Shown here: one piece after another, positions 47,080-56,465 of the stretch
How the letters are laid out: each line of letters begins with the position of its first letter
Numbering within the stretch: position 1 is the stretch's first letter
NCBI GenBank assembly: GCA_963722305.1
Contig: CAVRKE010000001.1
Location: 373,549 to 437,548 of the forward strand
Reading direction: 5' to 3'
DNA length: 64,000 bases
Source: Candidatus Levyibacteriota bacterium
GTDB lineage: Bacteria > Patescibacteriota > Microgenomatia > Levybacterales > UBA12049
Position numbers and translations under genes: made by a program
The notes under the pieces: generated by a model
Database searches by the model: none
Told to the model about the DNA's origin: nothing
Seen by the model: the letters and a program-made list of their open reading frames with translations, nothing else

Positions 47080-48036
47080 TTATTTTTTCTTCCTACCTAA
47101 CTTTTCTTCTAACTGAATTTTTATTTTGTCTTTATCCGGAACAAATTTCTTCCCGGTAATTCTTTCATAAATCGTAATGTACCTTTTGCTGATTTTATTA
47201 ATAAAGCTTTTCGGCATCACCGGTGGCTTGCCGTCTCCGGCATATCCCCGTTTTTTGAACCAAATTCGCATAAATTCTTTATCAAAGTTTTCCGGCTCCA
47301 GACCTTTTTTAAATCTTTCAAGGTAAGTTTTCTTGACCCAGAAGCGCGATGAATCCGGCGTATGAATTTCGTCAATTAAGATTAATTTTCCCTTGTCGTC
47401 CAAGCCAAACTCGTATTTTGTGTCAACCAGAATTATCCCCGCTTTGTTACAAATTTTTTGTCCTCTTTCAAATAGAGCCAAAGCGGCTTTTTCCAGTTGG
47501 CGCCAAATTGCAGGTGAAACAATTTTTTTCTTCACGATTTCCTCCGCTGTCAATCTCTGGTCGTGTCCGACTTCTGCTTTAGTGGTTGGAGTGATGATTG
47601 GTTTTGGTAATTTCTGGTTTTTCTTTAAACCGTTTGGAAATTTAATTCCGTAAATTACCCTATCCCCTTTTTCGTATGACCCCCAAATTGAGGTGCCGGT
47701 CACGCCGGTCATGTATCCTCTGACTACCATTTCAATCGGAATTGGTTTGGCGCTTTTGGCAATTGTGACGTTGCCGTGCGGAACCGACAACACGTGGTTT
47801 TGGACGATGTCTTTGGTTTTATCAAACCAGAAGGCGGAAATTTGGTTTAAGACTTGCCCTTTGTGTGGAATAATATCTAAAACTCGGTCAAAGGCGGAAA
47901 TTCGGTCGGTGGTAATTAAGACGCGTTTATCGCCTACTATATAATAGTCGCGGACTTTGCCCGAATATTTTTTGCCCAGACCTTTAAGATTAACTGTTTT
48001 TAGTGCTTTCATCTTTAAGATAGTTCTGATATCCAA
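47080..48036 (-). CDS. purC: SAICAR synthetase (long form)
   Basis: PurC motifs [15 protein letters not shown]; 318 aa. Confidence 0.85.
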   Translation of the reverse strand: MDIRTILKMKALKTVNLKGLGKKYSGKVRDYYIVGDKRVLITTDRISAFDRVLDIIPHKGQVLNQISAFWFDKTKDIVQNHVLSVPHGNVTIAKSAKPIPIEMVVRGYMTGVTGTSIWGSYEKGDRVIYGIKFPNGLKKNQKLPKPIITPTTKAEVGHDQRLTAEEIVKKKIVSPAIWRQLEKAALALFERGQKICNKAGIILVDTKYEFGLDDKGKLILIDEIHTPDSSRFWVKKTYLERFKKGLEPENFDKEFMRIWFKKRGYAGDGKPPVMPKSFINKISKRYITIYERITGKKFVPDKDKIKIQLEEKLGRKKK

Positions 48037-48538
48037 TCTTCTCCAGTTTTTCGGCTTTTTCGACTACGCTATCGCTTAAAGTTTTTTTATATTGATCAAC
48101 TTTTTTCTGAATTTCTTTGTCGTTTGTGCCGATAATTTGGGCAGCCAAAATTCCGGCGTTTTTGGCGGCGTTTATTCCCACGGTAGCAACCGGAATCCCC
48201 GGCGGCATTTGCACGATTGACAAAAGTGAATCAAGCCCTTCGAGCGACTTTGCTTTAACCGGAACTCCGATTACGGGAAGCGGCGTTAAAGCGGCTACCA
48301 TCCCCGGCGCGTGGGCGGCTCCGCCGGCTCCCGCAATAACTACTTTTATTCCTTTTTCTGTTAGTGATTTTGCGTATTCGAAGAGGCGGTCGGGGGTGCG
48401 GTGGGCGGAGACGACTGTCAGCTCATATGGAATCTTAAAATCGTCTAAGACTTTAGCGGCATCCTGCATGATGCCCAAGTCCGAATCGGATCCCATGAGT
48501 ATCGCAACTAATGGTTTGGTCATATCTGACAACGCCAT
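47990..48538 (-). CDS. purE: N5-carboxyaminoimidazole ribonucleotide mutase / AIR carboxylase
   Basis: [11 protein letters not shown] and [13 protein letters not shown] PurE signatures. Confidence 0.85.
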   Translation of the reverse strand: MALSDMTKPLVAILMGSDSDLGIMQDAAKVLDDFKIPYELTVVSAHRTPDRLFEYAKSLTEKGIKVVIAGAGGAAHAPGMVAALTPLPVIGVPVKAKSLEGLDSLLSIVQMPPGIPVATVGINAAKNAGILAAQIIGTNDKEIQKKVDQYKKTLSDSVVEKAEKLEKIGYQNYLKDESTKNS

Positions 48539-48575
48539 TATCTTATGTTTTCAACCAAATTTCAATAGTGAAAAA

Positions 48576-49238
48576 TTATCCACCGGAGCCACCGTGATCC
48601 TCGTGTCCTCCTCCATAATCAAAAGAATGGACTAGGGTTAAAGGCCTTTTATAAAGACCTTCTAAAACATCTTCTGCAAGGCCTGGATTTCGTACTATTT
48701 CGTCAGACGATCTTACGATTATTTTTCTCCATAGAGGTGCCATACTTCCGTATCCCACTACATCATGCTCGCGAAATTCAAGAAAAAACCCTCGCACGTG
48801 CTCCAAGGAATGTGTTGGACCATACTGAGGTTCTTGAGTCAATTTAGTCCAGGCCACCTTAACCACGTAACTTGTTTCAGGAAAACTGGGTATTGGATAA
48901 TGAAACTCTTTACCGTCAGGACCATTAGAAATTCCGAACCACACACCATCTTTCATTCCCATTCTCATTCCCATTCTTTTCTCATATTCGTTATAGGATT
49001 TATAATCAAGCGTTATTCCAGCTCCTGTTATTCCCCTAAACCTTGCTAATAAATCCGGGAAGGGACCACTTTCATACTTAGCGCGTCCTAGATCATGTAT
49101 TCTCTCTAGTTCATCCATTGGCAAAACATACGGAGTTACACCAGTTCCTTCTCGAGCTTTTGCCCGATCCTGAGCTGCTGCTATTTTACGAATCTCCGCC
49201 TGTCTTGCTTCAGCTAGTCTGTCTAGAAACCCCGGCAT
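48576..49238 (-). CDS. hypothetical protein at the head of the pur operon (Gly-rich C-terminus)
   Basis: 220 aa; no known motif; higher GC; ends DYGGGHEDHGGSGG. Confidence 0.3.
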   Translation of the reverse strand: MPGFLDRLAEARQAEIRKIAAAQDRAKAREGTGVTPYVLPMDELERIHDLGRAKYESGPFPDLLARFRGITGAGITLDYKSYNEYEKRMGMRMGMKDGVWFGISNGPDGKEFHYPIPSFPETSYVVKVAWTKLTQEPQYGPTHSLEHVRGFFLEFREHDVVGYGSMAPLWRKIIVRSSDEIVRNPGLAEDVLEGLYKRPLTLVHSFDYGGGHEDHGGSGG

Positions 49239-49278
49239 AATACTTGGATTATACTACAGGATAGAATAAAGTCAACTT

Positions 49279-50904
49279 TTGCCTATCTTATCCTTGACTT
49301 TAGGGAATGGTTATATTATAAAAAGAATTACCTTTATGCCAACTAAAACCACCGGAAAATACGCGCTTCTTAGCGTTTGGGACAAAAACGGAATTGTTGA
49401 ATTCGCCAAAGAAATTTCTAATTTAGGTTTTCAGATTATTTCCTCCGGCGGAACGGCAAAGGTTCTGAATGATGCCGGAGTAAAAGTTGTTCCGATTCAA
49501 CAAATCACCGGCAATCCGGAAAGTTTTGACGGCCGGATGAAAACCATCAGTTACCAGGTTGAAGGAGGAATATTATTTGATCGAACAAATCCCTCACATG
49601 TTAGACAAGCCAAAGAATTAAACGTTAAACAAATTGATTTGGTTGTCTGCAATCTTTATCCTTTTGAACAGACAGTAAAAGATCCAAAAGCCAAACTTGA
49701 ACAAGTAATTGAAAGCATTGATGTCGGCGGGCCGACCATGGTCAGGGCAGCCGCCAAAAACTTCAAAAATGTTTTTGTTGTTGTAAATCCAAATGATTAT
49801 GGAAAAGTAATTGAGGCTTTGAAAAAAAATGCTGACAATTTGGATTTAAGACAAGCCTTGGCAGCCAAAGCTTTTAACCACCTTTCTTTTTATGATGCCC
49901 AAATTGCTAAATATTTGGGTAACGAGCAGTTTCCGGAAGAGTTAACGTTACCGGGACGAAAACTAATTTCGCTTCGCTACGGCGAGAATCCCCACCAAAA
50001 AGCAGCTGCTTACTTTGAACCGAATAATAACTCGCCCTTAAAGCATTTGCAAAGACAGACGGGCCGGGAACTTTCTTACGTTAATTTCACCGATATTGCC
50101 GCCGGACTTGAATCGGTCAGAATGTTTAAAGAACCGGCCGCGGTGGTCATTAAACACAATAGCCCATCCGGTGTTGCTTTGGGTGAGAAAGCAGCCGAAG
50201 CTCTGTCGCGGGCAGTAGCCGCAGACCCGGAATCGGCCTTCGGCGGAATTGTGGTTTTGAATAAACCCTTGGACCTTACCGCTGCCAAGATTTTTGCCGA
50301 TTTTAAAGAAGAAAACGGGGTTTTAATTGATATTGTGGCCGTCCCAAGCATCGACTCCAACGCCAAACAATTTATTACAACGATTAGAAAAAGCACCGGC
50401 ATTTACACATTCGGAGAAATTCCACAAAAGCGCTCAAATCCTAACCACCTCAGATTTTTCGACGGCGGTTTTGTCATGCAGGACTGGGACGACACTCAAG
50501 ATGTGAATTTTGCGAACTGGAAAGTTGTGACAAAGAAGAAACCGACTACCAAACAATTTGAGCAGATGCGCATTGCCTGGAAATTTATCTCCAGAATTAA
50601 ATCCAATACCATCATTATTGTTGATAAAGATTTACCAATGACTAGAGGCATTGGTTGCGGACAAACCTCAAGAGTCAGGTCGACGAAAATCGCTTTGGAA
50701 CAAGCCGGAAAATTTGCCAAAGGCGCTATTTTAGCCAGCGACGCTTTTTTCCCATTCGATGATTCGGTAAAACTGGCCGCTAAACATAAAATTGCCGCCA
50801 TAATCCAACCGGGAGGTTCAATTAACGATAAACTTTCTATCGAGGCGGCAGACAAAGCGGGCATTGCAATGGTCTTAACCGGAGAACGCAAATTCTGGCA
50901 CTAA
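49279..50904 (+). CDS. purH: bifunctional AICAR transformylase / IMP cyclohydrolase
   Basis: MGS-like N-terminus (ALLSVWDKNG, SSGGTAK) and AICARFT C-terminal domain. Confidence 0.85.
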   Translation: MPILSLTLGNGYIIKRITFMPTKTTGKYALLSVWDKNGIVEFAKEISNLGFQIISSGGTAKVLNDAGVKVVPIQQITGNPESFDGRMKTISYQVEGGILFDRTNPSHVRQAKELNVKQIDLVVCNLYPFEQTVKDPKAKLEQVIESIDVGGPTMVRAAAKNFKNVFVVVNPNDYGKVIEALKKNADNLDLRQALAAKAFNHLSFYDAQIAKYLGNEQFPEELTLPGRKLISLRYGENPHQKAAAYFEPNNNSPLKHLQRQTGRELSYVNFTDIAAGLESVRMFKEPAAVVIKHNSPSGVALGEKAAEALSRAVAADPESAFGGIVVLNKPLDLTAAKIFADFKEENGVLIDIVAVPSIDSNAKQFITTIRKSTGIYTFGEIPQKRSNPNHLRFFDGGFVMQDWDDTQDVNFANWKVVTKKKPTTKQFEQMRIAWKFISRIKSNTIIIVDKDLPMTRGIGCGQTSRVRSTKIALEQAGKFAKGAILASDAFFPFDDSVKLAAKHKIAAIIQPGGSINDKLSIEAADKAGIAMVLTGERKFWH

Positions 50905-51653
50905 ACATCTTTTCCTTTTTTCCAATCCACCCTTGTTAATAATGAAGAAAAAACATCGTCGCCCATTGTAATTTTTAAATTATTAATTTCTTCTTCGGTT
51001 GGATTTCGTTTTTGAAATTCAACTGTTTTTTCCAAACCCTCAACAATTGCAAGCGGCTGCTGTTCATTCCCTTCACCCATTTCTAAAACTGCTGCAGTCG
51101 CTAATGAATCGGCTATATTAGTTTTTTCAACTTGCAATAATCTTCCAAAAATATCTGGTTTTCCGACGTAATCCCTTAATGCCTTAAATCCACTATGGGC
51201 AACGGAAACTCCTGTTACGCCCCATCTTAACGGAGACAATCTACTGTCGGTAATAATCACGCCTAAGTTCTCTACACCAAATTTCTTTATTAAATATTCA
51301 CGGACTTCATTGGCGTTTTTTTGCGGATCTTTTGGCCATAAAATATAATCACCGTTACCGTTTGACTCATCTACTCCACCTGAAGCAACCATAATATTAT
51401 TATTAATTGTGATCATAAATCCGTATTGATTAAATTCCCTGGGCAAATAAAGTTCCGCCTCTTGTTTTGCTAAATCGTTTTTTTGTTCGTCTGAAATTTT
51501 TTTGACGATTCGACCTTCGCAAATCGCAACAATCTTTGAGGCAATTGCGACAACTGATTTTTCTTTAAGACCTGAAATATATTTGTCCAAAACTTCAAAC
51601 AAAGAAATTGAACCGGGCAAAATTTTTTCGGTTTTAATCGGAGTTACTTTCAT
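50901..51653 (-). CDS. CofE-like (F420-0:gamma-glutamyl ligase family) protein
   Basis: Family-level resemblance (VVAIASKIVAICEGRIV, ITDSRLSPLRWGVTGVSVA). Confidence 0.4.
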   Translation of the reverse strand: MKVTPIKTEKILPGSISLFEVLDKYISGLKEKSVVAIASKIVAICEGRIVKKISDEQKNDLAKQEAELYLPREFNQYGFMITINNNIMVASGGVDESNGNGDYILWPKDPQKNANEVREYLIKKFGVENLGVIITDSRLSPLRWGVTGVSVAHSGFKALRDYVGKPDIFGRLLQVEKTNIADSLATAAVLEMGEGNEQQPLAIVEGLEKTVEFQKRNPTEEEINNLKITMGDDVFSSLLTRVDWKKGKDV

Positions 51654-51676
51654 TAATTTGAATTATAACACAGCCA

Positions 51677-53209
51677 TTATTTTTCACTGTATCCGGGGAA
51701 GAAATCGGTTTTGATTTGGCTTCTTTTGAGGCCTGCTTGAGCTAAAGTTTTTTCAAAATTTTGCACCATTAGCTGCGGGCCGGAAAGGTAATAAATTCTG
51801 TTCTTGAAATCCGGGATTTTTTCCTGGATTGTTTGGGGTGTGATATAGCCGGTTGTTCCATTCCAATTTTGAGGGATATTCTGAACATCGGTCAAATTAT
51901 AAATTGTTTTAACGCCATTTGCTCTCGCCTTTTCGAAGATATCCGAAAACAAAATATCGTCTACCGTCCTGTTGGTATAGAGAAGAACGATATTGACTGA
52001 TAAATTTTTGTCGATAATGTATTGAATCATACTGCGAAACGGTGCAATTCCCACTCCTCCGGCAATAAACACCAATGGCTGTTTTAAATCTTTTGGTAAA
52101 ACAAAATCTCCGGCAACTTGGGCAGCAATTATTTGTCTTCCATTTGGTAAACTCAACAATTCTTTTTTATAAGAACTGGGGGGGTCGTAAAATTTAATCG
52201 TCATTGATAAGATGTTCTCCGTGGGTGATGAGGAGATGCTAAAATACCGTCTATTTCCCCTGCTGTCGACCTTTTTATGGCTAAGTGTCCATTCCATATA
52301 TTGTCCGGGGATAAAGCGCATATCTTTCTTTTTATCAAATACAAACTCGTAAGTATCCAGTGACAATTGCCGTTTATATTTAAGCGGAAGAGCTAACCTG
52401 TAATTTGGACTGATAAAATAGGAAAAAGCATTTCCTAAAACCAACGCTATCTCGGGAGTAAAGGAAATTCCTAAAATATTCAGGGTTGGGGTTGCATACA
52501 AGAAGGCAACAACGTAGGCATAAACTTCGCGTAATTTATCTGTTGCCGGCGAAGTTAAGGGTTCGGTCAGCATTACAAACATAAAGAAAAATAGGGCTGA
52601 ATGAAAAATAGTTAGTTGCCAGTTATTTAATATCGAAACTAGCGAACCGCTGGCAATAAATGTACCTGCCGCTACAATTAAAAGGTAAGCGATAAAAAAA
52701 CTGAAGACCATATTTTCTCTTTTAATTTTTCTAAGCAGTAGCAGTCCCCCGACTAAAACGAACGGCAGCATTAAAGGCGTTCCCACCCACCAAGTTGCGG
52801 CATGTTCCGGAGAAAGAAGCGAAATTGCCGCCACGGAAACTGCTGCCGGATTAAATAAATGCCGCTTCTCAACCGTTAACAGGTATTTTGCCGCCATTGC
52901 CAAAACCGACGCTCCGATAAAAAACGGAACGTTAAGCGGATATTTTACCGGAATTATTAAAACCAAAATTAAGGCTGTAATAAATACCGATTCGCTGTTG
53001 GTAACCGCACCGACTATTTTGGCAAAAATGTAATTTGCAACATAGCAAACAATTACCGCCAAAAAACTGTCAATCAAAATATCCAGCGGATTGTATTGCA
53101 AAAAGCCGAAAAAACTTAAAATTACCGCCGCTGCCAGCAAAAAAATTAGGTAGTACAAAGTTAATTTGTACATCGTGATTTTATTTAAGATTGAATCTAT
53201 AAATTGCAT
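51677..53209 (-). CDS. membrane oxidoreductase: N-terminal polytopic domain fused to a ferredoxin-NADP-reductase-like FAD/NAD(P)-binding module
   Basis: About 8 TM helices, then the FR-type FAD motif RYFSISSSP, and NAD-binding LVFIAGGVGIAPFRSM. Confidence 0.55.
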   Translation of the reverse strand: MQFIDSILNKITMYKLTLYYLIFLLAAAVILSFFGFLQYNPLDILIDSFLAVIVCYVANYIFAKIVGAVTNSESVFITALILVLIIPVKYPLNVPFFIGASVLAMAAKYLLTVEKRHLFNPAAVSVAAISLLSPEHAATWWVGTPLMLPFVLVGGLLLLRKIKRENMVFSFFIAYLLIVAAGTFIASGSLVSILNNWQLTIFHSALFFFMFVMLTEPLTSPATDKLREVYAYVVAFLYATPTLNILGISFTPEIALVLGNAFSYFISPNYRLALPLKYKRQLSLDTYEFVFDKKKDMRFIPGQYMEWTLSHKKVDSRGNRRYFSISSSPTENILSMTIKFYDPPSSYKKELLSLPNGRQIIAAQVAGDFVLPKDLKQPLVFIAGGVGIAPFRSMIQYIIDKNLSVNIVLLYTNRTVDDILFSDIFEKARANGVKTIYNLTDVQNIPQNWNGTTGYITPQTIQEKIPDFKNRIYYLSGPQLMVQNFEKTLAQAGLKRSQIKTDFFPGYSEK

Positions 53210-53212
53210 ATT

Positions 53213-53947
53213 TTAAAGATAATCGGTAAAACCGCTGGTTAGAACCGCTTGTTTATTTTTCTTAACCATATATCCCTCAAGCCCCTTTAATTTTTCGATA
53301 AAATCTATCCCCTTTTCTCCCATCGCAAAAGCCGCCGTTGCAAACCTGTCCGCTTCATAGACATTCGGGCCGATGACGATAAGACTGGCGATTTCTTCCG
53401 CTGCTTTGTTTTCTTTCGGATTATAAATGTGAGCACCTCTTTGATAAGTCCCTGAAGTCGCAATGCCTTTATTGGAAAGTTTTACCACTTTTATAATTTC
53501 ATCCAAATTAAACGGATTTTGAATTCCGACTTTCCAATTTTCGCGCTTTTCGTTTTTACCAAAAACCTGCACATCACCGGCGATTTCAACATAGAAGTTA
53601 GCGAAATTTTTGTTTTTCAGAATTAATGAACCCTGATAAATGGCATATCCTTTGACAATTCCCGAAGGGTCCAAAACTCCGTTATTATTGATATCGAAAT
53701 ATCCGTCTGTTTCACTTTTAGTTTCTTCACAAAGCTTTAGTACAGTTTGCATCTCGCTACTATAATCCCAAGGTTTTAGCTCTCCCCGGTTGATTTGCGA
53801 AATTTCACTGTCCTCCTTGTAGGTACTAAATTTTTTGTCCATGTAATGGAAATAGGCAAACACTTCATTGATGTCTTCCTCTGTAACGCCAACATCAACG
53901 ACATTAATCGTCGCCGGCATTCCCATCACAACTGTTTGTTTTTTCAC
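53213..53947 (-). CDS. apbE: FAD:protein FMN transferase (ApbE family)
   Basis: ApbE family fold, SEISQINRG and ATSGTYQRGAHIYNPK segments. Confidence 0.7.
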   Translation of the reverse strand: MKKQTVVMGMPATINVVDVGVTEEDINEVFAYFHYMDKKFSTYKEDSEISQINRGELKPWDYSSEMQTVLKLCEETKSETDGYFDINNNGVLDPSGIVKGYAIYQGSLILKNKNFANFYVEIAGDVQVFGKNEKRENWKVGIQNPFNLDEIIKVVKLSNKGIATSGTYQRGAHIYNPKENKAAEEIASLIVIGPNVYEADRFATAAFAMGEKGIDFIEKLKGLEGYMVKKNKQAVLTSGFTDYL

Positions 53948-54076
53948 CCTGCACTATCCTTTCTTATATTTCGATAAATTCCAAATTTTGATATTAAAGT
54001 GCAGGGTTTCATTTATCCTGCACTTTCTTTATTTTATGATAATAATTAATTCTTAGTTTGAACATAAAAGTGCAGG
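53945..54076. repeat. two tandem ~70-nt units, each bounded by inverted repeats CCTGCACT ... AGTGCAGG, in the apbE/FMN-bind intergenic region
   Basis: cACCCTGCACT (53945-53955) / AGTGCAGGGT (53998-54007) and CCTGCACT (54017-54024) / AGTGCAGG (54069-54076), with AT-rich ~43-nt spacers. Confidence 0.6.
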
Positions 54077-54078
54077 AT

Positions 54079-54549
54079 TTACTTGGCTTTCGCTAAAGCA
54101 TCTGTTAAAGACGCTTGAAAGGCCTGACTGGAGGCTGATGCTCCCGAAACAATATCCACTTGTGCGCTTTGCGCCGCAATTGCTTCCTGAGCCAATATCG
54201 GATCCGCTTGGCTGTTAACATATTGCGAGGTTCGGTTATCATTTGGATATTGCAAAAAAGTGACGTTGGTAATTTTTCCGCCTGAGATTGTGGCTTGAAC
54301 CTGAATATTTCCGTAAAATGCGTCCTGGACACTACCGGTATAAGTTCCGTCTTTATAGGAACCAGATGATGGCGTGGACGGCTGTGTTGAGACTGAGCCA
54401 GAATTAGAATTTGATGGCTGTGGTTGTGATTGGACTTGGCCACTATTTTTTTGCATAACAACCGGTAGATTATTGCCGCTTATTTGTCTAACAAAAACCA
54501 ATGCTCCAAAAACTGCTAATACCACCGAAATCTGTAAATATTTTTTCAT
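54079..54549 (-). CDS. FMN-binding domain lipoprotein (flavinylation target, FMN_bind family)
   Basis: Signal peptide, Ser/Pro-rich linker, then DGTYTGS...GGKITNVTFL FMN_bind-like core. Confidence 0.55.
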   Translation of the reverse strand: MKKYLQISVVLAVFGALVFVRQISGNNLPVVMQKNSGQVQSQPQPSNSNSGSVSTQPSTPSSGSYKDGTYTGSVQDAFYGNIQVQATISGGKITNVTFLQYPNDNRTSQYVNSQADPILAQEAIAAQSAQVDIVSGASASSQAFQASLTDALAKAK

Positions 54550-54594
54550 GATAAACTAATTTTGAGCTTAATAACTTAAAATTACCTGAGAAAT

Positions 54595-55563
54595 TTAGGA
54601 GCCGTTTAGAATCAGACTTAAAAGTGCCATCCGGACGTACATTCCGTTTCTAACCTGCGAAGCAAGGTAAACTGCTCTTTTGTCGCTGTCCACTGCCGGA
54701 TCGATTTCGCCCACTCTTGGCAGAGGGTGCATGATGATTGTATTCTTGCCTGCCTTTTCTTCAACTAATTTTGGTGTAACGATAAATTTATTTTTCAGTT
54801 TTTCGTAAATTTCCAGTGAGGCAAATCTTTCTTTCTGCACTCTGGTCCAATACCAGAAGTCAAGATTTTTAGGGATGTCTCTATCGCCGTCTATTTCGAT
54901 TAATTTTACTCCGAGCGAGAAAACTTTTTGGTAATCCTCTTTAGAAAGCCTCAACTCTTTCGGCGACAACAGATAAACGGTATTATTTTTATAAAGCGAC
55001 AAGCCCTTGAGTAAAGAATGGACCGTTCTTCCATACAATAAATCACCGGCCATCACGCCTGTCAGATTATCCAGCTTTCCTTCTTTTTCTTGGATTGTAC
55101 AAAGGTCCAAAAGAGTTTGCGTTGGGTGCTCACCGATGCCGTCGCCGGCGTTAATTATCGGCACAAACTTGGCTGCCTCCGCCGCTATTTTGGCTGTCCC
55201 GACGACCGGATGCCTAATCACTATTGCGTCGCAGTAAGCTTCAAAAACCCTAATAGTATCTTCCAGCGTTTCGCCTTTGGAAACCGAAGAAAAAACCTGT
55301 GGATTTAAAATATCCACCGTTTGCCCGCCCAGCTGTTTTACCGCCGCACCGAACGAACCAAAAGTACGGCTTGACGGTTCATAAAAAATCAGCGTCACGA
55401 TTTTTCCGGCCAGCAAATGCGAAGGTTTGGCATTATAACCAATTTCCCTCATTTTTTTGGTTAACTTAAAAAGGATCGAGATATCTTTTGGGGAAAACTG
55501 ATCAAGGGAAATTATGTCTTTTCCCTTAAATTTACCGTTTATCTTTTGCGGTTCAAAACTCAT
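54595..55563 (-). CDS. pyrB: aspartate carbamoyltransferase catalytic subunit
   Basis: YEPSSRTFGSF, HPTQTLLDL and MHPLPR motifs. Confidence 0.85.
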   Translation of the reverse strand: MSFEPQKINGKFKGKDIISLDQFSPKDISILFKLTKKMREIGYNAKPSHLLAGKIVTLIFYEPSSRTFGSFGAAVKQLGGQTVDILNPQVFSSVSKGETLEDTIRVFEAYCDAIVIRHPVVGTAKIAAEAAKFVPIINAGDGIGEHPTQTLLDLCTIQEKEGKLDNLTGVMAGDLLYGRTVHSLLKGLSLYKNNTVYLLSPKELRLSKEDYQKVFSLGVKLIEIDGDRDIPKNLDFWYWTRVQKERFASLEIYEKLKNKFIVTPKLVEEKAGKNTIIMHPLPRVGEIDPAVDSDKRAVYLASQVRNGMYVRMALLSLILNGS

Positions 55564-55617
55564 AAAACTTGGTTAACTATAATCCAAGAAAAATAATTTG
55601 TCAATAAATAAAAGTGG

Positions 55618-56370
55618 TTATTTTTCAACATCGAAGACGGCTTTGCGGTAATTGCAGTAATCGCAAGTCTCTGACGGTTGTGGAATAACATCGGAACTCA
55701 AGCATTTGTAAGCGTTCATAATGGTTTTTTCAATCCAGGAATCATCTCCTGCATAAGGAATTATTTTTATGTCGAACTCAAGTTTTGCGTCAAATTTTTC
55801 CCCGTCCGTTTTGCCATTACAGTAAACAAAATAGCCGGTCTTTGAAACTTTAAAATTGTTTTTTCTAAAAAGCCACTGATAAATTTCCATTTGCCGCTTG
55901 TAACCTATTTGCCACTCGGCATCCAAGCTGACCTCTTCTTCTTTTGAGGTAGACTTGTAGTCAACGATTATTAATTCTTTTTGCGGATTAATCCAGATGT
56001 CATCGACTCCGCCGGTAATAACAAAGTTGGTGGGCCGAAGGGCAAAAGTAATCCCTTTGAAAGGATCACGCCATTCATCTAGTTTTTCATGCTTAAAAGG
56101 AACAGCATTAATGCCAAACTTCTTCATTAGAGGATGGGGTTTACCCTTCTCCCGCAAAATATCAAACTCTTTTTTTAATAACTTATCAACTGCGGAATTT
56201 AAAGAAAACGGAAATCCCGGCGGCTGAGCCACTCCCAATTTTCGATCCAGATAAAAACAGCGCGGGCAATTGATAAATAAATCGAGCTTTGAGCGGCTAA
56301 GCCGGAATGGAAAAGAAGATTTAGGATCATACAGGTTCCCTTTTCTTTTTGGATTGTAATATGCAGACAT
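55618..56370 (-). CDS. PD-(D/E)XK nuclease, Cas4/RecB-like with N- and C-terminal Cys pairs
   Basis: Catalytic core D...ELIIVDYKST and Cys pairs CPRC plus CDYC. Confidence 0.55.
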   Translation of the reverse strand: MSAYYNPKRKGNLYDPKSSFPFRLSRSKLDLFINCPRCFYLDRKLGVAQPPGFPFSLNSAVDKLLKKEFDILREKGKPHPLMKKFGINAVPFKHEKLDEWRDPFKGITFALRPTNFVITGGVDDIWINPQKELIIVDYKSTSKEEEVSLDAEWQIGYKRQMEIYQWLFRKNNFKVSKTGYFVYCNGKTDGEKFDAKLEFDIKIIPYAGDDSWIEKTIMNAYKCLSSDVIPQPSETCDYCNYRKAVFDVEK

Positions 56371-56465
56371 TGTTCACCTATTTTCTCACACTTAATATAA
56401 AACTGCCAGAGGATATTCAACATCTTGTATTTTTTGCCAATTTAATTCATGCTATTAATTGTAAT

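Noticed and set aside
56349-56465. N-terminal 39 codons of the tool-predicted transketolase ORF overlapping the Cas4-like gene
   Set aside because: The translation (MDCNMQTLFTYFLTLNIKLPEDIQ...) is not transketolase-like and overlaps the convergent nuclease gene. ATG 56466 (MSNLTEEKL) is the plausible start.
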